A DNA stretch of 64,000 bases from Albugo candida (taxonomy: Eukaryota). This document shows, in pieces, positions 24,114 through 36,955 of the stretch. How positions within the stretch are numbered: position 1 is the stretch's first letter; the number at the start of each line of letters is the position of its first letter. The stretch spans positions 1 to 64,000 of the forward strand of contig JBDOQK010000062.1 in NCBI GenBank assembly GCA_040437565.1. The letters run 5' to 3'. Below the pieces are notes generated by a model, which did not search any database, was not told the origin of the DNA, and was given only the letters and a program-made list of their open reading frames with translations. The position numbers and the translations under genes were made by a program.

Positions 24114-24651
24114 ATGAATGTGTCGAAAGCAGCAAAGGATGTAGACAAGACGAAAACTATTCCGAAAAGCTCTTGTACGCAGTGTGACTGCTGCATCTAT
24201 TCGATTGTATACTAACCATCTTTGGTGGAGTATAGTGTTTGATAAACTAGACGCGTTTCTACCGCAGATGCAGCACGCAAACGAAGAGTTACAGCAGAAA
24301 ATTGCATTGGATGGCGCAGAAAAATATTCTCTCGATCTACAAGATTCTGTAAGAGAGATTGAAAGTGGCCTTTGCGACACTGAATCGAAACCGACTGTTG
24401 AAATGGTACTTCACAATCGCTATTTTTTTTCTCGTTACCTGTATCAAACTTAATTTGCTTAGAACTTGGCGCTCGGAGTCATGGGAAATGACTCGTATCT
24501 AGAAGGAGGTAATTTATCCGATAGTGACGGCGAAGACGAACAAAAATCTCCTCAAATCAATCTTATAGGTAACAAGGATGCGCATATACCCTCAATGCGC
24601 CTTGAAAAGCAAGCATGCCCACATAATCCGCTGATCAAAGAAACCAATTAA
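24114..24651 (+). CDS. DUF4598 / C12orf45 (NOPCHAP1)-like protein, 3 exons
   Basis: Spliced reading PKSSLFDKLDAFLPQMQHANEEL...VEMNLALGVM followed by an acidic tract. Confidence 0.7.
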
Positions 24652-24958
24652 GTCGTACATAAAACCTTTTCGATTTNNNNNNNNNNNNNNNNNNNNNNNN
24701 NNNNNNNNNNNNNNNNNNNNNNNNNNNNNNNNNNNNNNNNNNNNNNNNNNNNNNNNNNNNNNNNNNNNNNNNNNNNAATTAAGTCGTACATAAAACCTTT
24801 TCGATTTCATACCATATAAAACATCACAGTTTATTTTATCCTTTATTTCAACCAATCACGTACCTTGAGCTCCTCGACCGTTTGCGAATTGGTCTCAGTG
24901 GCTCTTCAGCATCTTCCTTCCCCCTTTGTCATTCATTTTCTCGATATCTTGTGGTACG

Positions 24959-27900
24959 ATGGCAATGCCGACAATGGCAGCAATTGCTAAGCGCATGACT
25001 GGTGCAGCAAACGATTCAAAGTTCTTTAATACGACCAAAAAAGGCGAAACGCACGAACTTCGTCAAGAGCTCGCAAATCCAAGTCGAGAGAAGAAAAAAG
25101 ATGCTGTGAAAAAGGTAATTGCCAACATGACTGTAGGCAAGGACGTTTCCATGCTATTTACCGACGTGGTCAACTGCATTCAAACCGGTAATTCACTTGA
25201 ATTTTGCTGCTTTTTGTTGCAATTCATCGATGCGTTCTGACGTTAGCGGACACACAATTGAAAAAGCTGGTGTACCTGTACCTGATCAATTATGCGAAAA
25301 GTAATCCAGACCTCACAATTCTCGCTGTCAATACGTTTGTCAAGGTAATTTTTACTGATCTGATCTCAGAAAAGCGATATAGTAAGCTATTGCTGGGGCT
25401 GTTGTGTAGGATGCAGCTGATCCCAATCCGCTGATTAGAGCTCTTTCAGTCCGTACGATGGGATGTATCCGCGTGGATCGCATCACCGAGTACCTATGTG
25501 AGCCATTACGACGCTGCTTGCAAGATGAAGATCCATACGTTAGAAAAACTGCTGCTATTTGTGTGTCAAAACTGTACGATATCAATCCGAATTTGGTGGA
25601 AGAGCAGGGATTCCTCGATATGTTGCGTGATTTAATTTCCGACTCAAATCCAACTGTCGTGGCCAATGCAATCGCCGCATTGTCTGAAATTGCCGAAAAT
25701 GGAAGCAGCCAAAATGTATTAAAAATTACAAAATCGATTCTACAAAAGCTTTTGGCAGCATTAAATGAGTGCAATGAGTGGGGTCAAGTATTCGTATTGG
25801 ACGCTTTATCCACTTGCACTCCTTCCGATTCGCGCGAAGCGGAAGCCATCATCGAACGTGTGACTCCGCGCTTACAACATGCCAACTCTGCGGTTGTTCT
25901 ATCTGCTGTGAAGGTTATCATGAAGTTTCTCGAGAAGATTTCGGATGCAGACACAGAACGTAATCTTGCTCGAAAAATGGCTCCACCGCTTGTCACATTG
26001 TTATCTGCTGAGCCAGAGATTCAGTATGTGGCCTTGAGAAACATCAATTTGATCGTACAACGTCGAAGCAACATCCTCGCGAACGAAATCAAAGTTTTTT
26101 TCTGCAAATACAACGATCCAATTTATGTGAAAATGGAAAAGCTGGAGATCATCATCCGACTCGTTTCAGAGCGTAATATTGAGCAGGTGCTATTGGAATT
26201 TAAGGAATACGCAACTGAAGTGGATGTCGATTTTGTTCGTCGGTCTGTACGCGCTATCGGTCGATGTGCAGTGAAACTGGAACGTGCAGCAGAGAAATGC
26301 ATTAATGTATTGCTGGAACTCATCCAAACCAAAGTCAATTACATCGTCCAAGAAGCGATTATAGTGATCAAAGACATTTTCCGCAAGTATCCGAATCAAT
26401 ACGAAAGTATCATTGCAACACTTTGTGAGAATTTGGAGACGTTAGACGAACCAGAAGCCAAAGCTTCAATGGTGTGGATCATCGGCGAGTATGCAGAACG
26501 TATCGACAATGCGGACGAATTGCTAGACTCATTCATTGAAGCGTTCGACGATGAGACGGCACAAGTACAGCTACAATTGCTCACAGCGACAGTGAAATTG
26601 TTTTTGAAAAGACCAAATGAGACACAGGAAATGGTGCAAAAGGTGCTACACAAAGCGACAGAAGAGTCTGATAATCCAGATCTCAGAGATCGTGGGTACG
26701 TATATTGGCGGCTTTTGTCGGCAAATCCTGAAGCAGCGAATGCAGTCGTGTTGGCTGAGAAACCGGTCATTACAGATGACACAAATGCGTTGGAGTCGAG
26801 CATATTGGACGAACTCATTGGAAAAATCTCGACTCTTGCGAGTGTGTATCACAAACTTCCAAGCTCTTTTGTCGTTCGCTCGACAATATCTGAACTGAAT
26901 GAGCTTAAAGAAGAAAGCAATGGCGAAGAAGACGGAGATGGCTCCTTAGAACAGAGCAGCGAAGCTTGTGGAACGGAAGGTCCGGTTGAGTTGTTGGACA
27001 TGGGAGGCTTTTCCATCAGTGATAATCCTACCACATCAGCTTCAGCGGCATCGAGTAAGAGTGCGGAGAGCGGAATCAACATCTTTGACGAGTCTCCAGT
27101 TCATTCGTCGAATACGCCAGTCCAACGACTCGTGCTTATGAATACACAACAAGGGAAAGGCCTGGTCATCAAAGGCGCTTTTGTACGTAAAAATCAGCAG
27201 TTCCAACTGGACGCCGAATTCGAAAATCAGTCCAATGCAACGATTGCTGGCATCGCGATTCAATTAAATAAGAGCACGTTTGGGGTTGTACCGCTTCAGC
27301 AGCAGGTCAATTTCCCAGGAGGTTTAGCCCCACGGCAATCAATCACTCANNNNNNNNNNNNNNNNNNNNNNNNNNNNNNNNNNNNNNNNNNNNNNNNNNN
27401 NNNNNNNNNNNNNNNNNNNNNNNNNNNNNNNNNNNNNNNNNNNNNNNNNCTACACAAAGCGACAGAAGAGTCTGATAATCCAGATCTCAGAGATCGTGGG
27501 TACGTATATTGGCGGCTTTTGTCGGCAAATCCTGAAGCAGCGAATGCAGTCGTGTTGGCTGAGAAACCGGTCATTACAGATGACACAAATGCGTTGGAGT
27601 CGAGCATATTGGACGAACTCATTGGAAAAATCTCGACTCTTGCGAGTGTGTATCACAAACTTCCAAGCTCTTTTGTCGTTCGCTCGACAATATCTGAACT
27701 GAATGAGCTTAAAGAAGAAAGCAATGGCGAAGAAGACGGAGATGGCTCCTTAGAACAGAGCAGCGAAGCTTGTGGAACGGAAGGTCCGGTTGAGTTGTTG
27801 GACATGGGAGGCTTTTCCATCAGTGATAATCCTACCACATCAGCTTCAGCGGCATCGAGTAAGAGTGCGGAGAGCGGAATCAACATCTTTGACGAGTCTC

Positions 27901-28667
27901 CAGTTCATTCGTCGAATACGCCAGTCCAACGACTCGTGCTTATGAATACACAACAAGGGAAAGGCCTGGTCATCAAAGGCGCTTTTGTACGTAAAAATCA
28001 GCAGTTCCAACTGGACGCCGAATTCGAAAATCAGTCCAATGCAACGATTGCTGGCATCGCGATTCAATTAAATAAGAGCACGTTTGGGGTTGTACCGCTT
28101 CAGCAGCAGGTCAATTTCCCAGGAGGTTTAGCCCCACGGCAATCAATCACTCAGGCTCTCCCTTTGGGCGTGAATCCCGCGTTTGTAAATGCACAAGTAG
28201 CTCCAAATTTAAGTCTTCAAGTGGCGATCAAGAATCTTTCCAGTGGAGACGTGTTGTACTTTCAGGCGGAAATTGATCTCGCATGCTTATTCACTGAAGA
28301 CGGGACCACAGAGAAAAATGCGTTTGTTGGAATGTGGAAAAACATTGCCGAAGCAAATGAGCATTATTTTTCCATTCCGTCAAATGGACAAACTTTGGAT
28401 CAAATATCGAATCTGTTGAAGCAAAAGAATGTATTTCCGGTCGCAAAGCGGGCAATTGATGGGAGAGAGATCGCGTATTTTTCCTTGAAAACAATGACCA
28501 ATATCGTAGCGTTGCTGGAACTCACCTATGATGCATCGACAGCGATCAAGGTGTGTCTGAAGACGGAGCAGAAGGTGTTTGCTCCAATGTTACAAGTGGC
28601 TGTGGAGCGTCTTTGTGCAGGAAATGCTGCTCCGAGGACGGCAGCCGGTTTGGACGATCTCTTTTAA
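24959..28667 (+). CDS. AP1B1: AP-1/AP-2 complex beta adaptin
   Basis: [59 protein letters not shown], ear domain; two early introns; start could be 24995; 26647-27349 is repeated after the gap (artefact). Confidence 0.95.
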
Positions 28668-28732
28668 GTGCTAATAAATGGGTATACTGATGTTTGTGTT
28701 CACGCTACTCTTTGAGCTAAAAGATCATCAAG

Positions 28733-30581
28733 CTAATTTCCAGGTCCACGGGCGTCAATGGTCCATACTTTTTCGACCTTTTCATCGCGGAACCCAACAA
28801 GAAAGTCGTACATATTGACTGTCGGGTCACAGTGTCCAGGAATCAGCATCAATTTCTGGCCGAGGGTCGGCAATTCTGCAGAGTTTTGGCTGTCGGACAG
28901 ACACAAAATCCCATGCTCATCGCCTCCAGCACGATATTCGAGCAACGATATCGGATTACAGTCAATAGCTTTGTGAATGACTGGAGGCCCTGAGTCTAAT
29001 GAGACTGCTTTCATTCCAGCATCAATGATCGCTCTCTCCGAGTGTTGCTTTGTATTGATGCTCATGACTGTCGTCAAGACAAAGAGACTCTGTTTCCACT
29101 CACTTACTACAAATCCATTACTGTGAATACTTTTGTTCCGATGACAAAAAAAACGTACCGCTTTCTCCGTCGGCGTTGAGATTCCGAGCATAATCAGCGT
29201 CATTGAAGATATATGAACCTGGCTGAACCTCCGTGAAAACGCCGCTGGAAGCCTCCAATAGGTATGTCCCAGTGCCCCCACCCGTAATCGTTTTACACTC
29301 GATACCCTGCATCCGACGCTCAGCATACATGTCGATACCTTTATGGAAGGAATCACCTTCTCTGCAAGGAAATCGCGTGCATTCCGAGCTTTTTCAACGA
29401 CTTTGTCAATAATTTGACGCTTTTCCGTGTAATTTCGAATATGTTGAGCACCTCCATGATAGCACTAGAGAGAAATGTAGCTTTTCGCTTCCATATACGT
29501 ATTACGTACTTGAAGCCCGTCGAATGTCAAATTGCTTGCGCCTTCGATGCACTGCGCCAAGGCCAAAACTTGCTCTAGATATATTGTGAGCATTCGAGAT
29601 GTCTTTTGCGTGCATTCAATACCAAAAGTATCAACGCCACATCTATCTTGTCCCACGTTCACTTCTACAAGAGCATAAAGGACAACTTGAAAGTTGAGCG
29701 CTACTTCTTGTGCTTGCTGAATGGCGAGGATGTTATCAAAGACAAGTGTCAATTTTGCGCCTTGAGCCGCTAAAGCTGCAACGCGTTCGTATTGTGAGAT
29801 TCCTATAATCTCATTACTAAGCAGCACATCCTGTATGCCCCCTTTCACCATCGCTTCCGCTTCGCATATTTTCTGGCAGCATAGGCCGACAGTCTGCATA
29901 CTCCACAAGTGAGAATGTCGAGCCAACTTGCTCACTCAGTGATAGTACCTGAGACTCTCGCATTTGAAGTCGTGCAATCGAAGCGCATTTGTGGGCTTTT
30001 GCATGCGGCCGAATGTGAACGTTTGAGCGAATTTGCTGTAGCGATTGTGGTAATGCTTGCACATTTCTTTCTAGCTGAATAACGCGACAAGTAGACACTA
30101 TGGTGATCCATGTGACAGCCCTACCGCACACAAATCGACGACAAGACACGGCGTCTCGATTTGACACAACGAATCACCGACAAGAGCCGGCACCCGACGC
30201 TCTATACTTTGCATTGGATTGGTGNNNNNNNNNNNNNNNNNNNNNNNNNNNNNNNNNNNNNNNNNNNNNNNNNNNNNNNNNNNNNNNNNNNNNNNNNNNN
30301 NNNNNNNNNNNNNNNNNNNNNNNNCTGTAGCGATTGTGGTAATGCTTGCACATTTCTTTCTAGCTGAATAACGCGACAAGTAGACACTATAGTGATCCAT
30401 GTGACAGCCCTACCGCACACAAATCGACGACAAGACACGGCGTCTCGATTTGACACAACGAATCACCGACAAGAGCCGGCACCCGACGCTCTATACTTTG
30501 CATTGGATTGGTGGCAAATGTTCTTCGTCCTATTAAACGAGGAAGCACATCGATGCTTCGAAAAACCATTTTAGAACGCAT
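28733..30581 (-). CDS. Fold-type III PLP enzyme, D-threonine aldolase / D-serine dehydratase (DSD1-like) family
   Basis: ETPCLVVDL, IRPHAKAHK (PLP lysine), CCQKICEAEAM, VEVNVGQDRCGV, TGGGTGTY, EVQPGSYIFND, IIDAGMKAVSLDSG, DEHG, IPGHCDPTVN; multi-exon; Arg-rich transit-like N-terminus. Confidence 0.88.
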
Positions 30582-31090
30582 CTATATTAAGGAAATTGGT
30601 GTAAAAGCACGTTGCGTGAGATCATATACACAGCTCCTGTCGATGTTGTTATAGGGACGCTATTTGCATCTTTATCAATTGGTGGTGCTTCCTGTGGACA
30701 GAGAGTTCCTCATGGCCATAAACAGTAGAAACGTAGCTATAAAACGTAATCGAGTGAGGTACAGGAACGTCAGAAAAAGGTGGAAGAGACGTGGCCATAT
30801 GCTTTTGATAGGGTCGAAATCGTGCTAAAAGTTTCTACAGATGGCACACCAACTGTCTGCTTTGCGTGACGCATTCACTAAAGAGCTGTCTATATTGTCG
30901 GACCAGCATTATTGCACAAGGGAGAGAGTAGCTTGCGATCACTGTACTTTATCCATCGAATTCATAAGTGATTTACGGCAGAGCGCGCGTTACGTCGTAC
31001 AAAACATTTTGCAATTAGCGACGTCATAAATCACCTCGACGCCTAGTCTTGGATCACCGCGTTTGATACAGGCAAAAAGCGAAAAAATAG

Positions 31091-31993
31091 ATGAAAGGCA
31101 CAGAGAGCAGTCGATTCAATCACCGGTCTAAATCGAGAACGCGAGTACGTCAGCACAACAGTAATAGCGTGGGGACACTCAACGTTGATATTGAGCTTTT
31201 AGTCCAGTCTACGCAAAACTGTGCGAGTTTAACGTCACACCGTAAAAGCGGTGGTGCAGATCGATTTCATGGATGGATTTGGCGACGTTCAGGTCGGTTT
31301 TCGAAGTGGAAAAATGAGCATTTCGTGTTGGAGGGAGTTTTGCTGTCATACTTTGGCTCTTTCACAGCGAATCAATTTGTCGCTGATTCACATTTAATGC
31401 CATTAGGACAAGATGCATTACTCTCAGGAAGTCAGGAAAATACACCAACAGGTGTTTTACGTGTCGCTCATGTAGAGCGTTCCGACAAGTCTCGAATAGC
31501 ATTCAAAGTTTACGCAATTTCAGGAAAAGTGATCGATCTACGAGCCAAAAACGAGCACGTATGTACACAGTGGGTGAGACGACTGAATGAGGCCGCGATG
31601 TTGGGAAAGCGACAAGAAGCTTTGGCGGTTATCTCCAAGCGGACATTGTCCTCTCCTGTTCGGCTGGGATTATGTGATTCAGAGGTCGACGTGTGCTCAA
31701 ATTTAGTAGATAAAAATGGATGGTTAGAAGTTTGCGAACACAAAGTGCAGAGGAAGCGGTACTGCGTATTACAAGGTGGAATGATCACATATTACGATAC
31801 AGAAGATTCTTGGGCAGTTCCTTTGAGTCGAGCGTACGTGAGTCATGTAGAAATGGATTCCAATCAGAAGGAGATACAGTTGGAAACCACAGAAGGTCGA
31901 AACATTAATAAATTGGTCTCATTACGAGCAAAAAGTGTGGAAGATTTGCATTTGTGGCAAAATGCATTACGACAAGCAATTAGTTGCTCGTGA
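31091..31993 (+). CDS. Tandem PH-domain protein (300 aa)
   Basis: FHGWIWRRSGRFSKWKNEHFVLEG..LRAKNEHVCTQWVRRL and KNGWLE..KRYCVLQGGMITYY..LRAKSVEDLHLWQNAL. Confidence 0.85.
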   Translation: MKGTESSRFNHRSKSRTRVRQHNSNSVGTLNVDIELLVQSTQNCASLTSHRKSGGADRFHGWIWRRSGRFSKWKNEHFVLEGVLLSYFGSFTANQFVADSHLMPLGQDALLSGSQENTPTGVLRVAHVERSDKSRIAFKVYAISGKVIDLRAKNEHVCTQWVRRLNEAAMLGKRQEALAVISKRTLSSPVRLGLCDSEVDVCSNLVDKNGWLEVCEHKVQRKRYCVLQGGMITYYDTEDSWAVPLSRAYVSHVEMDSNQKEIQLETTEGRNINKLVSLRAKSVEDLHLWQNALRQAISCS

Positions 31994-32669
31994 AATCCAG
32001 CAGATTAGAACACCTTTACGATAGAGATAATGTGTACATACAATAGAGCGCTTTTTATGGGCCGAGATCGGCTCGAAATTTGTTATTTGTAAATCCAATG
32101 GGTGAGTTGCAAAGCCGTCAAAACACAGTGGTGTGTCTTCTCAATGAGTGCTGCATTTTTAAACGCGGTCGGGATGAAGACGTACTCCGTCCGAACGGTA
32201 TCAAATGCACTCACACAATGTACAGAGCTCAACACTCATTTACAATACTGGTCGTTATATTCTGCCTATTACAAATGTGTTCGGTTATGTTCTTGTTTTT
32301 CAACAATGGACTTGTCGAACTTCATTATTTACAGGAATGGATACACTCGATAATGCATGAAACCCGCATTTTGTAGGCAGTCAGACCGGCATTGACCACG
32401 AATTTGGGTGCTTTTGTCGACAATGACACAATCATTTCGTATGATGGCTTACAAGCTATGTTATGTCGCAAATGTGATAGTTTACTGCTTGCTTCTCACT
32501 GGATTATAGCGACTTCTTCAAAAGTTTTTTTTTAAAAAAAATAGTGGGAAAAGTCGACAAAATTGAAAAAATTAAATGATATGATTCCAATCCTGAGGGA
32601 CATTGAGAACGAAACATCTCAATCTGCACCACAGCTCTCCCAACAGAATAGCATGGAAATTCATTCGAC

Positions 32670-34086
32670 CTATTGGCCGGGAGTGTCAACCTTCCAGCTG
32701 GTAATGTCATCCTCCAAGTTGATATCGAGCTCTTTGGCAACTTGGAGCATATCTTTGTCTCCTCGACCACTGATATTGATAACAATGACTTTTTTTTCGT
32801 CCAATTGGGCTGCCAATTCCATGCCAAATGAAACCGCATGAGCAGTTTCGAGCGCAGGTATGATACCTTCCATTTGGGAAAGAAGTTGGAAGGCCTCTAA
32901 AGCTTTTTTGTCGTTCACACTCACATATTTCGCTCGTTTGGAGTCTTTTAGAAAAGCATGCTCTGGCCCAACACCTGCATAATCGAGTCCAGCAGATACA
33001 CTGTGCGTGGGCAAAACTTGACCGGCAGGATCCTGGATGATGTACGTCTTCGTGCCGTGTAATACTCCCATTGTTCCGCCTGTAAGCGTTGATGAATGCC
33101 GCCCGGTGTCTATCCCTTCTCCCCCTGCTTCCACGCCGTATATGTCGACACTTGTATCGTTAATGAACGGATGAAACATTCCAATCGCGTTGCTACCACC
33201 ACCAACACAAGCAACGATAGCATCCGGAAGACGTCCGATCTCATCGAATAGCTACACATGATCTCAGTAAACAGCGCGCTTCAACGTAAGAAAAAGCATT
33301 TACCTGAGCCTTCACTTCACGTCCAATGACTGCCTGAAAATCTCGCACGATAGTTGGGAAAGGATGAGGTCCGATAGCTGATCCAATGATGTAATGAGTT
33401 GTCTCGACATTAGCCACCCAGTCTCGGATAGCCTCATTGACTGCATCCTTGAGTGTCTGTGATCCTGAGCGAACAGGAACGACTTTGGCACCGAGCATCC
33501 TCATACGAAACACATTGAGTGATTGCCGCTATGCATTCACGGTTACACTCTATAAAGTCGAAAGAAACGCAAAAGAACCGACCTGAGTATCACGGTATCC
33601 CATATAAACGGTACAATCCAGCCCCAGGAGAGCACAAGCGGTTGCAGTAGCAACTCCGTGTTGTCCCGCACCGGTTTCGGCAATAATACGCTGCTTTCCA
33701 AGTCTCTTTGCGAGAACGGCTTGACCGATAGCATTATTGATTTTATGCGCTCCTGTGTGCGCTAAATCCTCGCGTTTTAGCCATATTTGTGCACCATTAC
33801 AATGCTTTGTGAGCCTATCCGCAAAGTATAGAGGCGTGGGACGACCGATGTAATCTCTTCCAAGCTTTTCGAGCGTTTCTCGGAAGCTAGCATCTTGACT
33901 GGCTCGAACATATTCTTGTGCGAGTTTGTGATGTGCTTGGACTAAGGTTTCTGCAACAAAGCATCCGCCAAATGCTCCAAAGTAAGCATTTAGTTCCGAT
34001 ACGGAAGAATACACAGGAGGAGCATTGCTGACACGTAAGTATCGTTCAGATGTATCGTTTTCTTGTGCATTTTGTTCGGTGGTCAT
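32670..34086 (-). CDS. trpB: Tryptophan synthase beta subunit (TrpB1 type), stand-alone, 3 exons
   Basis: [81 protein letters not shown]; two GT-AG introns. Confidence 0.95.
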
Positions 34087-34264
34087 AAGGATCAATTGAC
34101 AACCACTACACGTACCGTATTTCGTATTTTACAACAGTAGTGTGCGAACATCATTTAGGTTGATAAAACCCCACATGTGGACGCATACTGCATCTGGAAA
34201 AAATGTATATTTTTGAGGTGAAGGTTTAAAATCTGAGAAAGAAGGGAACCTTATGAAGCGCGTG

Positions 34265-35158
34265 TTACGGTAGCTCTATCTGTACAACTTCCTTTTTTGT
34301 TCCGGCGTTTCCTTTGGAGCTGGAGCCACATTCCTGGTTCTTTAAGCAATTAAAAGGTGACCAAGACTTCGTTTTTTTATTTGTTCCTGCCACCATTTTT
34401 ACATCAGGATCTTGGACGGGTTTATCATTTCTAAGCATAATTGCAAATTCATCGCGGCCATTTTCTGTTTTTTTTGTGAAAGCAAATAGCACAGATTTTG
34501 GAAGGTCTTTTCCCATGACGAACACCAACCCCTCCACGTCATGGTGTTGTAATTGAGTCGGACATAGCCGGGCGATAAGTAGCAATGATTTGTATGAAGA
34601 AACTTGTAATCTTGAGGTATGGGAACTCTTTCCTTGCATCATGGATGGAATGAGGAACCGAGACAAAATCGTTGTAGAGGGACCACTACCGAAGTGAAGC
34701 TTATTCGTAGTGTATGCATTCCCCTCCGCAGTCATGTCATCAATCATTAAGCTTCGAAACGGAAGATCCCACATCGCGGAATTCTGGTCTAGGGCAAATG
34801 TCAACCAATATTGTTGTGTACTTGCATCTTCTGCAGTAAGATCAAGCCATCCATCCTCAAATTGGTATTTAAAGAAACCACAGCCCTTACCTGCCCCTCC
34901 CGGGGTGAGGGTAAATGAATCTCCTTCTTCAGCAAAATGCTCACCCTCTACGCTTTTTAATTGATAATTACAAAAATAGTTGATGAAATAGTTTCCATCA
35001 AGGGAGAATTTATAATTGAACTTGTATATTGCTTTGTCACGGGTAAGGGAACTTGTACATTTTGTCGCCGTATTAATAAAACAATAACCTCTAACGTTCC
35101 TTGAATAAATCATCACTTGTACCAGCAACAAAAACAACTGACTTTGTCGTGTACTCAT
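34265..35158 (-). CDS. Orphan, putatively secreted protein (candidate effector), 297 aa
   Basis: Intronless ORF; N-terminal hydrophobic core LFLLLVQVMIY with V-R-G cleavage-like site; several Cys; no family recognised; INR+FPR upstream. Confidence 0.7.
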   Translation of the reverse strand: MSTRQSQLFLLLVQVMIYSRNVRGYCFINTATKCTSSLTRDKAIYKFNYKFSLDGNYFINYFCNYQLKSVEGEHFAEEGDSFTLTPGGAGKGCGFFKYQFEDGWLDLTAEDASTQQYWLTFALDQNSAMWDLPFRSLMIDDMTAEGNAYTTNKLHFGSGPSTTILSRFLIPSMMQGKSSHTSRLQVSSYKSLLLIARLCPTQLQHHDVEGLVFVMGKDLPKSVLFAFTKKTENGRDEFAIMLRNDKPVQDPDVKMVAGTNKKTKSWSPFNCLKNQECGSSSKGNAGTKKEVVQIELP

Positions 35159-35188
35159 TGCGCTATGAGAACCAAGTTGTTTCGAAGA

Positions 35189-35204
35189 AAATTTGAAAGT
35201 GAGT
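35189..35204 (-). promoter_or_regulatory. INR+FPR core promoter of the orphan gene
   Basis: ACTCACTTTCAAATTT, 30 nt upstream of ATG 35158. Confidence 0.6.
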
Positions 35205-36955
35205 AAAATTGAAGAGCGCCAAACGATCGATGCCAGAAAGCCAATATTTATTCAACGGCAATTTCGCACCGTCGTCAGCATTAAGAGACCAATCATATAT
35301 CATATTCCTTCCACGTATGATTTCAGCAACCGGATTCCATAACGACAACACGATCAAGTAGCACCAAACTGAGCAAAACCTTCAATCTGTTCTCAACCTC
35401 GTTTCCCTTCCAGCACAACGGTACAACGAGGTCAACGCTTTTGTTGTAGTCTTTTTCAATATTACTTTCGCATACCAGCTGCCTTTCCTGCGACAACACG
35501 ATTGATCGTGGTATGAATGCTACCGCTCAGCTGGCTTCTCTACAACTTTGAGTATACAAGCGCATGTTTTCTTGCACGCAACCAACGACATAAACGTTGT
35601 ATAGGAGTTCGTCGCCTCGTATCACAAATGCGCTACACCGTATCCCGACTTCAACCCTCGACCTGCTCAATATGTCACCACGCTTTTCTATTAAAGGCAA
35701 AGTATGAATAGAAAAATGTGTCAGTCCTCTCTGTTTGTGGATTGCATGTCGACAATCGCGTTGACAGAACGTAATGTGGCTGTTCTATCCACATTTGTAG
35801 GCTAACAAGAGAGGGATGGGTTCAGCACTGGTCGAATAATAGGGTTGACTTGGGGAGGGAAGTACTGGTGGGCATCGATAAAGTACCGGTGAATAATGAG
35901 GGGAAATCTGCGTGTGACAGATAGATGAAAGCGAGTTGCTACGGACATTTAGTGTACAATAAGGGCGAGGGGCGATATAGAGGGTACCAGATCAACGGAT
36001 ATATACTGATGTTGATATTGAGATACATAGCGCTATTTGGCGCTCTCATGGTAAGCGTTAACGATTGCAAAATTATCGGTCAGATTTCTATTTGATCTCA
36101 CAACGGCAAAGGTATGATGTCTTCTCCACTGCGTTGCTCAATATGGCTTTGATGATTTCGATTAGGAAATGTACTTTGAGAGTCAGCCACCGAATTTCGA
36201 GCGCTTTATGAGTCAGGTAGTCGACGGCAAGAGATGTGCATCAACACATGATTCTGGAAGCGGATATCGAATGCATCTATTGGCTAGTGCATGCTTCGTC
36301 GTAGTATTACTCTATGATCGCGAACGGGATGATTGCTTGCGGCAGTATTATTACTCACAACATTTTGCACTCGATGAGATGAGTGGTTATGTGTACGGCT
36401 GCAAATGAGCGTTTCTGTCTGGCGTTCGTACAAGAGACCCTTTGAGGTCGCGAAACTGGTCAGCACAGCATATTCGTGTATCTCATGCAATGGAACGCTG
36501 CATACGCAACTTTCCGGTACGATCAAGATGCTTTTAGCGGGTCCTTTCTTTGAATTTGTTTCGGCTGGGACAATTTGTTTTCGCTATTCGTGCTTGTGCT
36601 GAAGGCATCCTGTATGTGTCCAGACGTCCAGACCTCAAGTGCTCTACTCTTGCGATTGTCATGAGGCTCATTTTGATTAAATCAAGCATGTCTTAACGCC
36701 TATCTATCGCCAGGAAGTTGGTGATCCCAATGTTACCATATTACGCATGTAGCTATGCATAGCATTCAATTCCATTGGAGGGTGAATACATAAGAAACCG
36801 CAAGAATCAAACGCTATTACTACCCAGCAAAAAAGCCCGTCCGAGCTCAGCTCTTTATCAGGGATTCAGATTTACGATACGAGTGACCCTCTTGTCATAC
36901 TTGCATCGATCCTACAAGATACATCCAATTCGCGATTTTCGGAGAGTACGGAGTG

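Noticed and set aside
26647-28152. Internal domain duplication in beta adaptin (1069-aa ORF)
   Set aside because: Identical sequence on both sides of the N gap
32080-32560. Small ORFs between the PH gene and trpB
   Set aside because: No recognisable motif or consistent splice model; could not be supported
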